Origin: Candidatus Subterrananammoxibius californiae
Lineage (GTDB): Bacteria > Planctomycetota > Brocadiia > Brocadiales > Subterrananammoxibiaceae
DNA length: 49,498 nt
Assembly (NCBI GenBank): GCA_030586555.1
Contig: JAURAC010000026.1
Location: 1-49,498 of the forward strand
Reading direction: 5' to 3'
Shown here: positions 34,014 through 42,989 of the stretch, piece after piece
Layout of the letters: every line of letters starts with the position of its first letter
How positions within the stretch are numbered: position 1 is the first letter of the stretch
Program-made: the position numbers and the translations under genes
The notes under the pieces: generated by a model
Seen by the model: only the letters and a program-made list of their open reading frames with translations
Databases searched by the model: none
Told to the model about the DNA's origin: nothing

Positions 34014-37004
34014 ATGTACACAAGAATTGAGATATGCCCTAAATATGGGTTTCCTGATACAACTGGAATCGCAATCAAGTCGGAGATTGAAAGCCTCGGC
34101 ATCGCCTCTGTAAGTGAGATACGTACAGCACAGGTTTATGTTATTGACGGCAACATCTCAAAAAAGGATGTTGAAACCATTTGCCAGAAGCTTTTGTCAG
34201 ACCCCGTTACAGAAAACTACCATGTTGAATCACACGTCCAACCCCCCCTCTGTCCCCCCCTTGCGAAGGGGGGGATTATAGGGGGGGTGGCTTCAGACTC
34301 CCAACTTAAGACTCATGTTGTTGAGGTTAGCCGCAAGCCTGGCGTCATGGACCCCGTAGAAGCCACTGTATTAAAAGGAATACAGGACCTCGGACTTCAG
34401 GTAAACTCCGTTAAAACGGCAAGAAAATATCTTATTACAGGAGACTTAACTATTTTGCAGTTAAATACAATTTCTATTAAAATACTTGCGAATACAACCA
34501 TTGAAAACATCTATTTTATCGAAGAACCCTTTCCACCTGCTAAGCGCTCGGTAATAAAAGCTGTAGGAACGCGTCCAGGATACATCATTAGCACCGAAGA
34601 ACCTCCTATATATGAAAAGCATACTATAAAGTATGCGTTCAACAAGATAGTTGTACCTTTACTCGATGCCAGGGATGAAGAACTCCAGGAAATAAGCCTT
34701 AAAGGTCAGCTTTCCTTAACCGTCGAGGAAATGAAGGCAATTCAGGCATATTTCGCCAACATCGGCAGAAATCCCACCGATGTGGAGCTTGAAACAATTG
34801 CCCAAACGTGGTCTGAGCACTGCATCCACAAGACCCTCAAAGGAATAATAGAATACGATGGCAAGCTTATAGACAACCTGCTCTCCAGCACCATAATGAA
34901 GGTAACAGAGGAATTGAATAAGCCCTGGTGCGTGTCCGTGTTTAAAGATAATGCTGGCATCATCAAATTCGATGAAGAATACAATGTATGTTTTAAGGTG
35001 GAAACCCATAATCATCCCTCAGCAATTGAGCCTTATGGAGGGGCTAATACGGGCATAGGCGGGGTTATCAGGGATATTCTCGGAACAGGGCTCGGGGCTA
35101 AACCTATTCTTAATACAGACGTCTTTTGTTTTGGTCCGCCTGATTTATCGCTGGATAAGATTCCCGATGGAGCTCTTCACCCAAAGAGGGTCTTTAAGGG
35201 GGTGGTTGCTGGCGTACGCGATTATGGCAACAGGATGGGCATTCCTACGTCAAATGGCGCAATCTTTTTTGATGAACGCTATGTTGGCAATCCCCTCGTC
35301 TATTGCGGCACTGTGGGGATTATTCCAAAAGGATGCTGCCAGAAGGAAGCAAAGAAAGGTGACGCCATCGTTGTTGTTGGGGGAAGAACAGGCAGGGACG
35401 GCATACATGGCGCCACGTTCTCATCCGTCCAGTTGACCAAAGATTCCAGCGCTCTCTCAAGCAGCGCCGTGCAGATTGGCAATGCCATTACAGAAAAAAA
35501 GCTTACTGACGTCTTACTTGTGGCAAGGGACAAGGGGCTTTATGATTGCATTACGGACTGTGGCGCTGGGGGACTATCCTCTGCGGTTGGCGAAATGGGA
35601 AAGGACCTCGGAGCCGTCGTTGACCTCGAAAAAGTACCACTAAAATACGAGGGGCTGTCATACTCAGAAATATGGATTTCTGAGGCACAGGAAAGAATGG
35701 TGCTCTCCGTCCCGCCAGAAAATCTGAACGAATTAATGGAATTATTTGGGGATGAAGATGTAGAGGCTACGGTAATAGGCACATTTACTGGAAATGGGAA
35801 ATTACACCTTCGATATGATGGGCAAACGGTGGCAGAGCTTGGCATGGAGTTCCTTCATAAAGGCTTACCGAGATTAAAACGAAAAGCTCTATGGTCATTA
35901 CCGAACTATCCAGAGTCAAAACTCCCTAAAAAAGAAAATTACGGGGATGACCTGAAGAAGATACTTTCGTCCTGGAACGTATGCAGTAAGGAATGGGTCA
36001 TCCGACAGTATGACCATGAGGTTCAAGGCAGTAGTGTCCTCAAGCCGTTACAGGGACTTAATAATGACGGTCCTGGCGATGCCTGTATTATAGCGCCTGT
36101 GCTTGGCTCAAAACGAGGAGTGATTATTTCAAATGGCATGAATCCTAAATACGGCGATATAGACCCCTACCACATGGCGGCTTCTGCCATTGACGAAGCA
36201 CTCAGGCAGATTATTGCAGTGGGTGGGAACCTCGAAGAGGTTGCGCTCCTTGATAACTTCTGCTGGGGAAATACAGCCAAACCCGAATGCCTCGGCAGCC
36301 TCGTCAGGACGGCGCTTGCTTGCTACGATGTCGCTAAGGATTATGGGACTCCATTCATCTCTGGCAAGGACAGCCTGAATAATGAATTCCATGTCGGAGA
36401 CAGGGTTATATCCATCCCACCCTCGCTCCTTATATCGGCAATCGCCGTCATGCCAGATATTACTAAGGCTATATCAATGGATGCAAAAGAACCCGGCAAT
36501 CTAATATACATCGTAGGGCTTACAAGGGCAGAACTCGGCGGTTCACACTATTATCATATTCATGGTTACACTGGAAACAGCGTCCCGAAGGTGGATACCA
36601 AAACGGGCAAGATGGTGATGAATGCACTTTCAAAGGCGACATCAAAGGGACTTGTGAGGGCATGCCACGATTGCTCCGAAGGCGGGCTTGCCGTTGCCGC
36701 CGCAGAGATGAGCTTTGCAGGAGGGCTTGGTATGAATCTGCAACTTTCTAAAGTTACAATTGATGGTTCTATTAGTAGAGAGGATGAGATTTTATTTTCA
36801 GAATCAAACACAAGATTCATCGTAGAGGTTCGACCCGAATGCCAAAAGAAATTCGAGAAAATCCTTTATGGTGTACCTTACGGACTCATCGGAAAAGTCG
36901 TCAAAGATAAAACCTTTACAATCAGGGGGAAAAATAATAAGATACTCATATCCGAAAACATTAGCGATTTAAAGGAAGCCTGGCAGGGACCGCTGAGATG
37001 GTGA
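34014..37004 (+). CDS. purL: Phosphoribosylformylglycinamidine synthase PurL with N-terminal PurS-like domains
   Basis: QTWSEHCIHK, VETHNHPSAIEP, DCGAGGLSSA, ISGKDSLNN. Confidence 0.96.
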   Translation: MYTRIEICPKYGFPDTTGIAIKSEIESLGIASVSEIRTAQVYVIDGNISKKDVETICQKLLSDPVTENYHVESHVQPPLCPPLAKGGIIGGVASDSQLKTHVVEVSRKPGVMDPVEATVLKGIQDLGLQVNSVKTARKYLITGDLTILQLNTISIKILANTTIENIYFIEEPFPPAKRSVIKAVGTRPGYIISTEEPPIYEKHTIKYAFNKIVVPLLDARDEELQEISLKGQLSLTVEEMKAIQAYFANIGRNPTDVELETIAQTWSEHCIHKTLKGIIEYDGKLIDNLLSSTIMKVTEELNKPWCVSVFKDNAGIIKFDEEYNVCFKVETHNHPSAIEPYGGANTGIGGVIRDILGTGLGAKPILNTDVFCFGPPDLSLDKIPDGALHPKRVFKGVVAGVRDYGNRMGIPTSNGAIFFDERYVGNPLVYCGTVGIIPKGCCQKEAKKGDAIVVVGGRTGRDGIHGATFSSVQLTKDSSALSSSAVQIGNAITEKKLTDVLLVARDKGLYDCITDCGAGGLSSAVGEMGKDLGAVVDLEKVPLKYEGLSYSEIWISEAQERMVLSVPPENLNELMELFGDEDVEATVIGTFTGNGKLHLRYDGQTVAELGMEFLHKGLPRLKRKALWSLPNYPESKLPKKENYGDDLKKILSSWNVCSKEWVIRQYDHEVQGSSVLKPLQGLNNDGPGDACIIAPVLGSKRGVIISNGMNPKYGDIDPYHMAASAIDEALRQIIAVGGNLEEVALLDNFCWGNTAKPECLGSLVRTALACYDVAKDYGTPFISGKDSLNNEFHVGDRVISIPPSLLISAIAVMPDITKAISMDAKEPGNLIYIVGLTRAELGGSHYYHIHGYTGNSVPKVDTKTGKMVMNALSKATSKGLVRACHDCSEGGLAVAAAEMSFAGGLGMNLQLSKVTIDGSISREDEILFSESNTRFIVEVRPECQKKFEKILYGVPYGLIGKVVKDKTFTIRGKNNKILISENISDLKEAWQGPLRW

Positions 37005-37969
37005 GAAAAAACATTAAAAAGCACATAAGAAAAAGCCGTGGCTTTAAAGCCACCCAAAATCCAAGCAAATACAAAACAGTCCATTTAGTTAAAGAGGCTG
37101 AGCCAATTTATGGTATAGATAAGAAGGGGGTTTTTATTCCAGAAAGCCAAATCCGTAAGCTCGATACCGATGCTAAACTCTATTTTCAGAAAGACTCAAT
37201 CTGGATTTATAATGATGACTTTTTAAAAATAGAATCTATTAATGAAAACTCTATTGACTTGATAGTAACTTCTCCCCCTTACAATGTAGATATTCAATAT
37301 AATTCTCATGACGATAAGATGTCCTATGGAGATTATTTATCTTTTACGAAAGAATGGATTCTCAAATGTTACAAGCTAATAAAGGATGATGGAAGGTTTT
37401 GTCTTAATATACCACTTGATAAGAATAAGGGTGGGCAACAAAGCGTATGTGCTGATATTACGACTATTGCTAAACAGGTGGGCTGGCAATATCACTCCAC
37501 AATTGTATGGAACGAACAAAATATTTCAAGGCGTACTGCATGGGGGTCCTGGCTCAGCGCTTCAGCCCCTTTCGTTATAGCACCTGTTGAGGTCATAGTT
37601 ATTCTTTATAAAAAGCGATGGAAGAAAACCAGCGGAAGCCAAAAATCAGACATAACTAAAAAAGAGTTCATGGAATGGACAAACGGGGTTTGGAATTTCA
37701 TGGGTGAAAGTAAAAAAAGAGTTGGACACCCTGCACCGTTTCCTGTTGAGTTACCGAGAAGATGTATAAAATTGTTTAGCTTTGTTGAGGATACAATACT
37801 TGACCCATTTCTTGGCAGTGGATCAACCTTGCTGGCATGTATTCAAACAGGTAGGAAAGGAATAGGGGTTGAGATTGACAGAGGTTATTGCGAATTAACA
37901 AAAAAACGACTTTTAGGTGAAGGTGAAATAAATCAACTCAGACTTAATGTGACTGAGGGAATAAGATAA
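36998..37969 (+). CDS. Site-specific DNA methyltransferase (beta class, SPPY; probably m4C)
   Basis: IVTSPPY precedes HPAPFP and DPFLGSGST. Confidence 0.92.
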   Translation: MVRKNIKKHIRKSRGFKATQNPSKYKTVHLVKEAEPIYGIDKKGVFIPESQIRKLDTDAKLYFQKDSIWIYNDDFLKIESINENSIDLIVTSPPYNVDIQYNSHDDKMSYGDYLSFTKEWILKCYKLIKDDGRFCLNIPLDKNKGGQQSVCADITTIAKQVGWQYHSTIVWNEQNISRRTAWGSWLSASAPFVIAPVEVIVILYKKRWKKTSGSQKSDITKKEFMEWTNGVWNFMGESKKRVGHPAPFPVELPRRCIKLFSFVEDTILDPFLGSGSTLLACIQTGRKGIGVEIDRGYCELTKKRLLGEGEINQLRLNVTEGIR

Positions 37970-38557
37970 GTGGCAAAAAGTATTAGCGATTTAATAATGG
38001 AGTATTTCCAGAAGAATCCTAAAAAAGACCTGAAACATGGACCAGTTGTAGACTGGGTAACAGAGCAGTTTTTAAAAGACCACAATGAGCCCCCGCGAGA
38101 CCCCTGGCGAGCTATTCGTAAGTTTCATCAAGAAGGCAAACTGATAAAGGTTAAAAAGGGAATATACCGATATGACCCTGATTATGTCAATGAAGTTGAA
38201 TTATTTGACTTTCCCCCTGACGTGAAAGAGAAAATTTTTGAAAATGATAATTATAAATGTGTCGTTTGTGGTAAAGGGAGGAAAGATGGCGTTGAAATAT
38301 GTGCAGACCATAGAGTTCCTAAGGATAAAGGGGGAGATAATACAGTAGATAATGGACAAACCCTATGTATGGAACACAACCTGATGAAGAAAAATTATTC
38401 TGCAACGGAAGCAGGGAAAAGATATGCGATTAAAATATATGAACAGGCAATTTCTATTGGTGATGAAAAAATGATAAAATTTTGCAAAGATATTTTTGAC
38501 GTTTATGATAGACATCAAATCAACGGACACATTCCAAGACCTAATGGGAAAAAATAA
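37970..38557 (+). CDS. HNH endonuclease, probable cognate restriction enzyme
   Basis: CVVCG, ADHRVPKDKGG, NGQTLCMEHN; abuts the MTase. Confidence 0.85.
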   Translation: MAKSISDLIMEYFQKNPKKDLKHGPVVDWVTEQFLKDHNEPPRDPWRAIRKFHQEGKLIKVKKGIYRYDPDYVNEVELFDFPPDVKEKIFENDNYKCVVCGKGRKDGVEICADHRVPKDKGGDNTVDNGQTLCMEHNLMKKNYSATEAGKRYAIKIYEQAISIGDEKMIKFCKDIFDVYDRHQINGHIPRPNGKK

Positions 38558-38574
38558 GACGTAAGGAGGTCTTT

Positions 38575-38793
38575 ATGTATAAATGTATGAACTGTGGGTA
38601 CAAAGGTAGTAAGTTAATCTTTCAGTTTAACGACTATGCTTATTGTGTTGCTTCTAATGAGGAAGAACCTGAGTTTATAAAGAGTGTTCCACAATGGGTA
38701 GAAGATATGGGTGTCGGCGATTCGGAAATTGGAGAACCTGTGGGTTGTCCTAAATGTCATGCTTGGGGTGTTCATAATTTTGAGATGGTTTAA
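38575..38793 (+). CDS. Small zinc-ribbon hypothetical protein
   Basis: AAGGAGG RBS; CMNCG ... CPKC. Confidence 0.75.
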   Translation: MYKCMNCGYKGSKLIFQFNDYAYCVASNEEEPEFIKSVPQWVEDMGVGDSEIGEPVGCPKCHAWGVHNFEMV

Positions 38794-38903
38794 ACAAAAT
38801 CAGACTTCTAATACAGGAATATGGCATAGGCGTGCAATAGAGTTTAATTTTTACTTAAGAGGCTTCAAACATCTTTTTATTATGAGAAAAGCTTCCAGCT
38901 ATT

Positions 38904-39005
38904 TGTCATTCTGAGCGAAGCGAAGAATCCCCCTTTATCCCCCTTTAGTAAAGGGGGAATGGGGGATTTGAGACCCTTCCCCGCCTCAGGCGGGTCAGGG
39001 TGACA
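38904..39005. repeat. Nested composite palindromic element
   Basis: Outer TGTCATTCTGAGCGAAGCGAAG...TCAGGGTGACA; inner C-run/G-run hairpin (38926-38968) and CCCGCCTCAGGCGGG (38980-38994). Confidence 0.75.
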
Positions 39006-39026
39006 TGTTGCGTTATACAAGGGAAA

Positions 39027-39863
39027 ATGAAAAACCCAGAGGTATTAATAATCCGTGCGGCGGGGACTAATTGCGACTGGGAGACGGAGTATGCCTTTGA
39101 GAAGGCAGGCGCATCTGTTGACCGCCTTCATATAAATAGGATTCTTGAAAATAAAGATATTATCCATTGTTATCATATAATCGCAATACCCGGCGGATTC
39201 ACTTATGGGGACGATATTGCAGGCGGCAAGGTACTCGCCAATCAGTTGCGATATAATCTTCAAGATGAGATACAAAGGTTCATTGGTGATGGGAAATTAA
39301 TACTTGGGGTTTGTAACGGCTTTCAGGTGCTTGTAAAGAGCGGCCTCTTGCCCGCACTTAATCGAGGAGATTCTTCGCTAACGCTCAGAATGACAGAAAA
39401 CAAGAAGGCACAAAATGGAACGGAGCAGGAGGCTACTTTTACCTTTAACGATTCAGGTAAGTTTGAGGACAGGTGGGTCTATCTTAAGCTGTATTCAAAT
39501 AAATCTATTTTTATAAATGAAGGCGAAATCCTGTATCTTCCGGTAGCAAATGCCGAGGGGAAATTTGTTGTGAAAGATGACGCAGTGCTAAAGAAGCTTA
39601 TTGCCTCCGAACAGATAATATTCAAGTATGTAGATAATGAAGGCAATCCGGCAGGCTATCCATTTAATCCAAATGGTTCGGTTGAAAATATCGCAGGCGT
39701 TTGCGACCCCACAGGACGCATTCTTGGAATGATGCCTCATCCAGAGCGTCATGCTGAGCCAACCCAGCACCCGCGCTGGACCCGTGAAGGATTAAAGGAT
39801 GAAGGAGACGGCATTATTATCTTTCGGAATGCCATTAGTTTTGTAAAAAATAATTTGCTTTGA
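39027..39863 (+). CDS. purQ: Phosphoribosylformylglycinamidine synthase glutaminase subunit PurQ
   Basis: GTNCD, PGGFTYGD, GVCNGFQ, NPNGS, GMMPHPER. Confidence 0.95.
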   Translation: MKNPEVLIIRAAGTNCDWETEYAFEKAGASVDRLHINRILENKDIIHCYHIIAIPGGFTYGDDIAGGKVLANQLRYNLQDEIQRFIGDGKLILGVCNGFQVLVKSGLLPALNRGDSSLTLRMTENKKAQNGTEQEATFTFNDSGKFEDRWVYLKLYSNKSIFINEGEILYLPVANAEGKFVVKDDAVLKKLIASEQIIFKYVDNEGNPAGYPFNPNGSVENIAGVCDPTGRILGMMPHPERHAEPTQHPRWTREGLKDEGDGIIIFRNAISFVKNNLL

Positions 39864-40002
39864 CAAAAAGGGAATTTCTATTATATTAAATATTACAAAT
39901 GAGGGTTTGTCTTGAGCTAAAGAGATTGTTCGCCACGGCGAATCTGCCTCAGGCATGACTTCGCCTTCAGCTCGCAATGACAGGCAAAGGAGTCAAATAA
40001 AG

Positions 40003-40473
40003 ATGAATGTTGAATCAATAAATTTAAGAAAGATGCGTGAGATTATAGCAAGCTATAGTGGAAGGATAAAAGAATCCGATTTGATACCCATACTGCAGAA
40101 AACCCAGGACGCTTATGGTTACTTGCCAAGGGCTGCTCTTGAGGAAATCTCAAACGTAACCAGCATCCCCAGGAACAAGGTCTTCGGGGTTGTAACATTT
40201 TATGCACAATTTTCTATGATACCTCGTGGCAAACATACCATTAAGATATGTAACGGTACCGCCTGTCATGTAAAAGGCTCAATAGAGATAAGGGAAAAGG
40301 TTAAACAGGTGTTGGGCGTTGAGGAAGGACAGATGACGCCTGACTTCAAATTTACATTAGAAACGGTTGCTTGTTTGGGAACGTGTTTTTTGGCGCCGGT
40401 CATAATGATTGGTAAGCGATATTATGGAAAGCTAACGCCAGAAAAGACAGAAGAAATTATTAGAACCTATTAA
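40003..40473 (+). CDS. nuoE: NuoE/HydC-like [2Fe-2S] subunit
   Basis: ICNGTACHVKG, ACLGTCFLAP. Confidence 0.88.
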   Translation: MNVESINLRKMREIIASYSGRIKESDLIPILQKTQDAYGYLPRAALEEISNVTSIPRNKVFGVVTFYAQFSMIPRGKHTIKICNGTACHVKGSIEIREKVKQVLGVEEGQMTPDFKFTLETVACLGTCFLAPVIMIGKRYYGKLTPEKTEEIIRTY

Positions 40474-40482
40474 TACGAGGAT

Positions 40483-42180
40483 GTGATGAAAGATAAAAAG
40501 CTCAGGAATTTTGAGGATTTAGCTCAATTAAGAAAAGAGCTTACACTTAAGGCTCGTTCGGACAAAACAACTATACGTATATGTACTACGGGATGCAGGG
40601 CTTTAGGAGCCCTGGAGGTGTGTGAAGCCTTCCGAACAGAACTCGAAAAGCAGCAATTAACTGAGAAGGCAGAGGTTGTAGAGACAGGCTGTCAGGGACT
40701 TTGCGCTCGAGCCCCGGTAATAACAATCCACCCCAACAATATATTTTATGGAAGGGTTACACCTGATGACGTTCCAGCGATTGTCTCTCGCACTATCAAG
40801 AATGGTGAAATCGTAGAAAAGTTTTGCTATGTCGAAGGCGGCAAGAGAATCCCCATACTCTCTGATATACCATTCTATAAAAAGCAACAAAAAATAGTAC
40901 TCAAAAATTGTGGGGGAATAGACCCGACAAAGGTTGAACAATTTATAGTACGTAATGGATTCTCTGGATTAGAAAAAACGCTGAAAACCCTGAGACCCGA
41001 AGGGGTAATTAAAGAAATAAAGGATTCAGGTCTTAGAGGGCGTGGCGGGGCAGGGTTCCCAACGGGAACAAAATGGGAATTTGTAAGGAATGCGCCCGGC
41101 GACCAGAAGTATCTTGTTTGCAACGGTGACGAGGGTGACCCAGGCGCTTTTATGGACAGGGCGCTATTGGAAGGAGACCCTTACTCTGTAATAGAAGGGA
41201 TGCTCATCGCCGCCTATGCTACGGGCGCAACTAAGGGCTTCTTTTACGTCCGGGCTGAATATCCTATCGCCGTAGAGCATATAGAAATAGCCATCCAGCA
41301 GGTAAAGGGTTTGGGCTTACTCGGCGAAGATATACTCGGTACCAGCTTATGCCTCGACCTGGAAATCAAGAAGGGCGCTGGCGCCTTTGTATGTGGAGAG
41401 GAGACAGCCCTTATAGCTTCAATAGAGGGGGAAAGAGGGTGGCCAAGGGTTAGACCGCCTTTCCCTGCTATATCAGGCTTATGGGGTAAACCTACTAATA
41501 TTAACAATGTTGAAACATACGCCAACGTGCCTGCAATATTAGCAAATGGTTCTGAATGGTACAGGAAAATAGGCACCGAGAAAAGCAAGGGTACGAAGAT
41601 ATTCGCCCTTGCAGGTAACGTAAAGAATACCGGTCTTGTAGAAGTACCTATGGGAGCCACCTTGCGAGAAATAGTCTTTAATATCGGGGGCGGCATCCCT
41701 GGACGTAAAGCCTTTAAAGCCGTCCAGATTGGAGGACCTTCCGGAGGATGTATCCCGAGTCAATATTTAGACTTTCCCATTGATTATGAGTCCGTAAAAG
41801 AGCTTGGAGCAATCATGGGTTCAGGTGGACTAATAGTTCTTGATGATACAGCCTCAATGGTAGAAATAGCCAGGTATTTTATGGAATTTCTCAGGGACGA
41901 ATCCTGTGGGAAATGCGTTCCCTGCCGCATCGGAACAGAGAGGATGCTACAGATACTCACAAGGGTCAAAAACGGAGAAGGAAAGAAAGAGGACTTGGAG
42001 TTGCTACTGGAGCTTGCTGAAGTAACAAGAGACGCTTCCCTCTGCGGTCTGGGTCAAACAGCCGCTAACCCGGTGCTTACAACATTAAAGTATTTCCAAA
42101 ATGAGTATGATGAACTTATAAAAGGTGTGAAGGTTGAAAAAGCGCCATCTCACGAAGCGGTTCACAAATGCGAAATGTAA
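40483..42180 (+). CDS. nuoF: NuoF/HydB-like NADH-binding flavoprotein with N-terminal [2Fe-2S] domain
   Basis: GRGGAGFPTG, NGDEGDPGAFMDR, CGEETALI, ESCGKCVPCRIG. Confidence 0.88.
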   Translation: MMKDKKLRNFEDLAQLRKELTLKARSDKTTIRICTTGCRALGALEVCEAFRTELEKQQLTEKAEVVETGCQGLCARAPVITIHPNNIFYGRVTPDDVPAIVSRTIKNGEIVEKFCYVEGGKRIPILSDIPFYKKQQKIVLKNCGGIDPTKVEQFIVRNGFSGLEKTLKTLRPEGVIKEIKDSGLRGRGGAGFPTGTKWEFVRNAPGDQKYLVCNGDEGDPGAFMDRALLEGDPYSVIEGMLIAAYATGATKGFFYVRAEYPIAVEHIEIAIQQVKGLGLLGEDILGTSLCLDLEIKKGAGAFVCGEETALIASIEGERGWPRVRPPFPAISGLWGKPTNINNVETYANVPAILANGSEWYRKIGTEKSKGTKIFALAGNVKNTGLVEVPMGATLREIVFNIGGGIPGRKAFKAVQIGGPSGGCIPSQYLDFPIDYESVKELGAIMGSGGLIVLDDTASMVEIARYFMEFLRDESCGKCVPCRIGTERMLQILTRVKNGEGKKEDLELLLELAEVTRDASLCGLGQTAANPVLTTLKYFQNEYDELIKGVKVEKAPSHEAVHKCEM

Positions 42181-42201
42181 AATTTATACTGTAAGCCTTG
42201 A

Positions 42202-42266
42202 AGCGATTTTTTCATAGAACGAATAGAAATGTATAATAACCCGGAAGTTGGGACCGATGGATAAAA
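42202..42266 (+). repeat. 65-bp direct repeat, copy 1 (recJ promoter and first codons)
   Basis: 64/65 identical to 42925-42989. Confidence 0.95.
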
Positions 42267-42281
42267 TAGGTGGAAACTACG

Positions 42282-42506
42282 ATGAAATTTGAGCGCATTA
42301 CAGTAGACACAAAGGTTTGCACTGGCAAACCGTGCATTCGTGGACTTAGGTTTCCTGTTTCACGCTTACTGGGACTCATGGCTTCTGGAGAGACGAAGGA
42401 AACTATTCTCAGGGCGTATCCCTACTTGGAGGCAGAAGACATTGATGAAGCCCTGCGTTACGCTGCTTATCTTGCAGAAGAAGAGACCGTGGAGTTTGCA
42501 AGGTGA
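42282..42506 (+). CDS. DUF433 antitoxin
   Basis: ITVDTKVCTGKPCIRGLRFPV, AYPYLEAEDIDEALRYA. Confidence 0.92.
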   Translation: MKFERITVDTKVCTGKPCIRGLRFPVSRLLGLMASGETKETILRAYPYLEAEDIDEALRYAAYLAEEETVEFAR

Positions 42507-42877
42507 AGTTTCTCGTTGACATGTCACTTTCGCCTGCATTGGCCGACTGGCTCGTGCAGCAAGGTCACGATGCCATTCATGCCTTGCAAGCAGGCTTAGA
42601 GCGCACTTCAGATGAAGTCATTTTAGGGCGTGCTCGAGATGAGAAGCGAGTGATTATTACAGCGGACTTGGATTATCCCAGGCTTTTGGCTTTGGCGCAA
42701 GCTGAAGGTCCAGGCCTTATACTGTTCCGAGGTGGAAATTACGGAGAGCAAGAAGCTATAGAGCGCCTGACACGAGTACTTGAAACGATTCCGAATGAGG
42801 AGTTCCCAAATTCTATTGTTGTTGTTGAAAAGGGGCGGATTCGTCGTAGGCGTCTCCCACTCGAACCGAATCCTTAA
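42503..42877 (+). CDS. DUF5615 PIN-like toxin
   Basis: MKFLVDMSLS, DEVIL, IITADLDY, RIRRRRLP. Confidence 0.9.
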   Translation: MKFLVDMSLSPALADWLVQQGHDAIHALQAGLERTSDEVILGRARDEKRVIITADLDYPRLLALAQAEGPGLILFRGGNYGEQEAIERLTRVLETIPNEEFPNSIVVVEKGRIRRRRLPLEPNP

Positions 42878-42924
42878 CGGATAGTGTCTCTCTTAAAAAT
42901 TTTTATCTGTATAAAAGAAGCTAT

Positions 42925-42989
42925 AGCGATTTTTTCATAGAACGAATAGAAATGTATAATAACCCGGAAGTTGGGACCAATGGATAAAA
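42925..42989 (+). repeat. 65-bp direct repeat, copy 2
   Basis: Contains TATAAT and the recJ ATG GAT AAA. Confidence 0.95.

Noticed and set aside
38794..38903. Search for a purL or purQ end relic beside the restriction-modification insert
   Set aside because: No recognisable similarity in the frames I read
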